A DNA stretch of 64,000 bases from Marsupella aquatica (Eukaryota > Plantae > Marchantiophyta): the NCBI GenBank assembly GCA_973895155.1, contig OZ316895.1, positions 2,777,659 through 2,841,658 of the forward strand, given 5' to 3'. Numbering within the stretch: position 1 is the stretch's first letter; each line of letters starts with the position of its first letter. This document shows positions 62,672 through 64,000 of the stretch, piece after piece. The translations under genes were made by a program, and so were the position numbers. Under the pieces are notes generated by a model. It was given only the letters and a program-made list of their open reading frames with translations. It did not search any database and had not been told where the DNA came from.

Positions 62672-62780
62672 GGGAAATCTATGAAACCCCACAAAAAGGG
62701 AACAGTGTTCACAATAGTTAAACCCAAGACCTATAGGTCTCCACTCAAGTGAGCTACCACATAGCCATGCCTCTATGGGC
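62672..62780 (-). repeat. Short dispersed repeat, tRNA/SINE-like, copy B
   Basis: Shares gggaaatctatgaaaccccaca.aaagggaa...aacccaagacctat...ctaccaca...catgcctct.tggg with 19280-19380. Confidence 0.55.
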
Positions 62781-63156
62781 CTTGAGCTTGAATTTTGAGG
62801 GGTTATTGTCCATAATGCTCCTGAAACTGGACTTTACTATACTTAATGGCCTGAGAGATTTTATTTTTCTCCAACTTAATTTAGTAAAGTAAGAGGAGAA
62901 TCTTACTAAAGTGGTGATCCAGATCTTGGATGGGACATTATGTTCTAGAATCCTTGCAAATACAAAGGGAAAATCACAAAGGTCATTGATACGTTTTTAA
63001 AACTTTGATAGGAGCCAGGGATGACATGTAGATAGTGTAAATATATTCTCATTTCATACAAAATGTATTTCTGAAATGGGAGCTCAGATGGACACAACCA
63101 TTTGACACTGTATACTGGCATGGACATAAGAACTTACTTTTGCAGAGTCAAGAAGC

Positions 63157-63455
63157 TCCTGGAACCTTATGTCTACTAGTATAGATACAAGAACTTTGTT
63201 GTGTCACAATATTCCTGGAACCTTATGTCTACTAGTATAGACACAAGAACTTTGTTGTGTCACAATATTCCTTTAATTTTCAGTGTCATGATATGGAAGT
63301 GTAAGATATTAGATTATATACATGATAATAAGCAATAGACACAGTTCTAATGAATAAACAATAGACACAAGAACTTTGTAGTGTCACAATACCCCTGGAA
63401 TTTTCAGTGTCATGATATGAGAGTGTAAGTTATTAGATTATATACATGATAATAA
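63157..63455. repeat. Compound tandem repeats (56-bp unit x2 plus a second ~55-bp unit x2 sharing a core)
   Basis: tcctggaaccttatgtctactagtataga.acaagaactttgttgtgtcacaatat at 63157 and 63213; ttttcagtgtcatgatatg...ttagattatatacatgataataa twice. Confidence 0.85.
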
Positions 63456-64000
63456 ATACTAGCCTGATTAGTCTTTCTTTGAATGTAATTAGGCACAAGG
63501 AGAAAAAAAACCTTCCAGACAAATGACTTCATGCTATTTCCTACTCATCTTTGCCCCATCCTTGTTTTTTGTCTGCACCATTACTTTTAGTTATGCTCTC
63601 ATTTAGAGGCACGGTCTAGAGGCTTCACGCTTGAATGTAGGCCCAAAGAATAGCTTTTGATTGCACTTTATTAGTTAGGTAGTATACTAATCAAGAAACC
63701 CAACTCACTAGTTGGATGAGAATGGAGGTTACTACAGAAAGCTATCAAAAGGATCCACTGGAAAACCTTCTGTTAGTGGTCAAATGTAAAATATGGATGC
63801 AAGTACATTCAAACTATTCATTTGTGACCCTCAGGATTTGAGTGTCCATCCAGCATCACATCAAAAATAATTTCTGTACGAGTACAGGGTATCTATATGT
63901 CACCTTATATGGGGTTAATTAGTTGCTATTTCCATCTCTTGCCTGGAACTCATGATCACTAACCCGGGTATCTATATGTAACCATATATGGGGTTAATTA

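Noticed and set aside
63157-63455. Repeat cluster that superficially resembles a CRISPR array
   Set aside because: Units are contiguous duplications without unique spacers, the context is eukaryotic, and there are no cas genes.

Overview
Eukaryotic land-plant nuclear DNA. Gene content, compact introns and apparently long 5' leaders suggest a bryophyte, possibly a liverwort; this is an inference. Seven host genes can be built from the sequence: a Zn-CDF/MTP1-type transporter (+), an N-anchored cytochrome b5-like gene (-), an sn-2 GPAT of the GPAT4/6/8 type (-), DPM3 (-), an intronless NAP1/NCKAP1 (-), SBDS (-), and DPB2/POLE2 (-, 13 exons, two U12-type introns). There are two near-full-length DNA transposons. 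The first is a ~5.1 kb Mutator (MULE) with ~350-bp TIRs and a decayed transposase. It carries an intact, convergently oriented second gene encoding an RNase H1 N-terminal hybrid-binding (Caulimovirus viroplasmin-like) domain, which is the best candidate for a new system. The second is a 4.1 kb PIF/Harbinger with 16-bp TIRs, a TTA TSD, an intact Myb/SANT gene and a transposase stopped by two probable C>T nonsense changes. The remainder is intergenic DNA with MITE/SINE-like remnants and small tandem duplications. Exon boundaries were read by eye and checked for frame.
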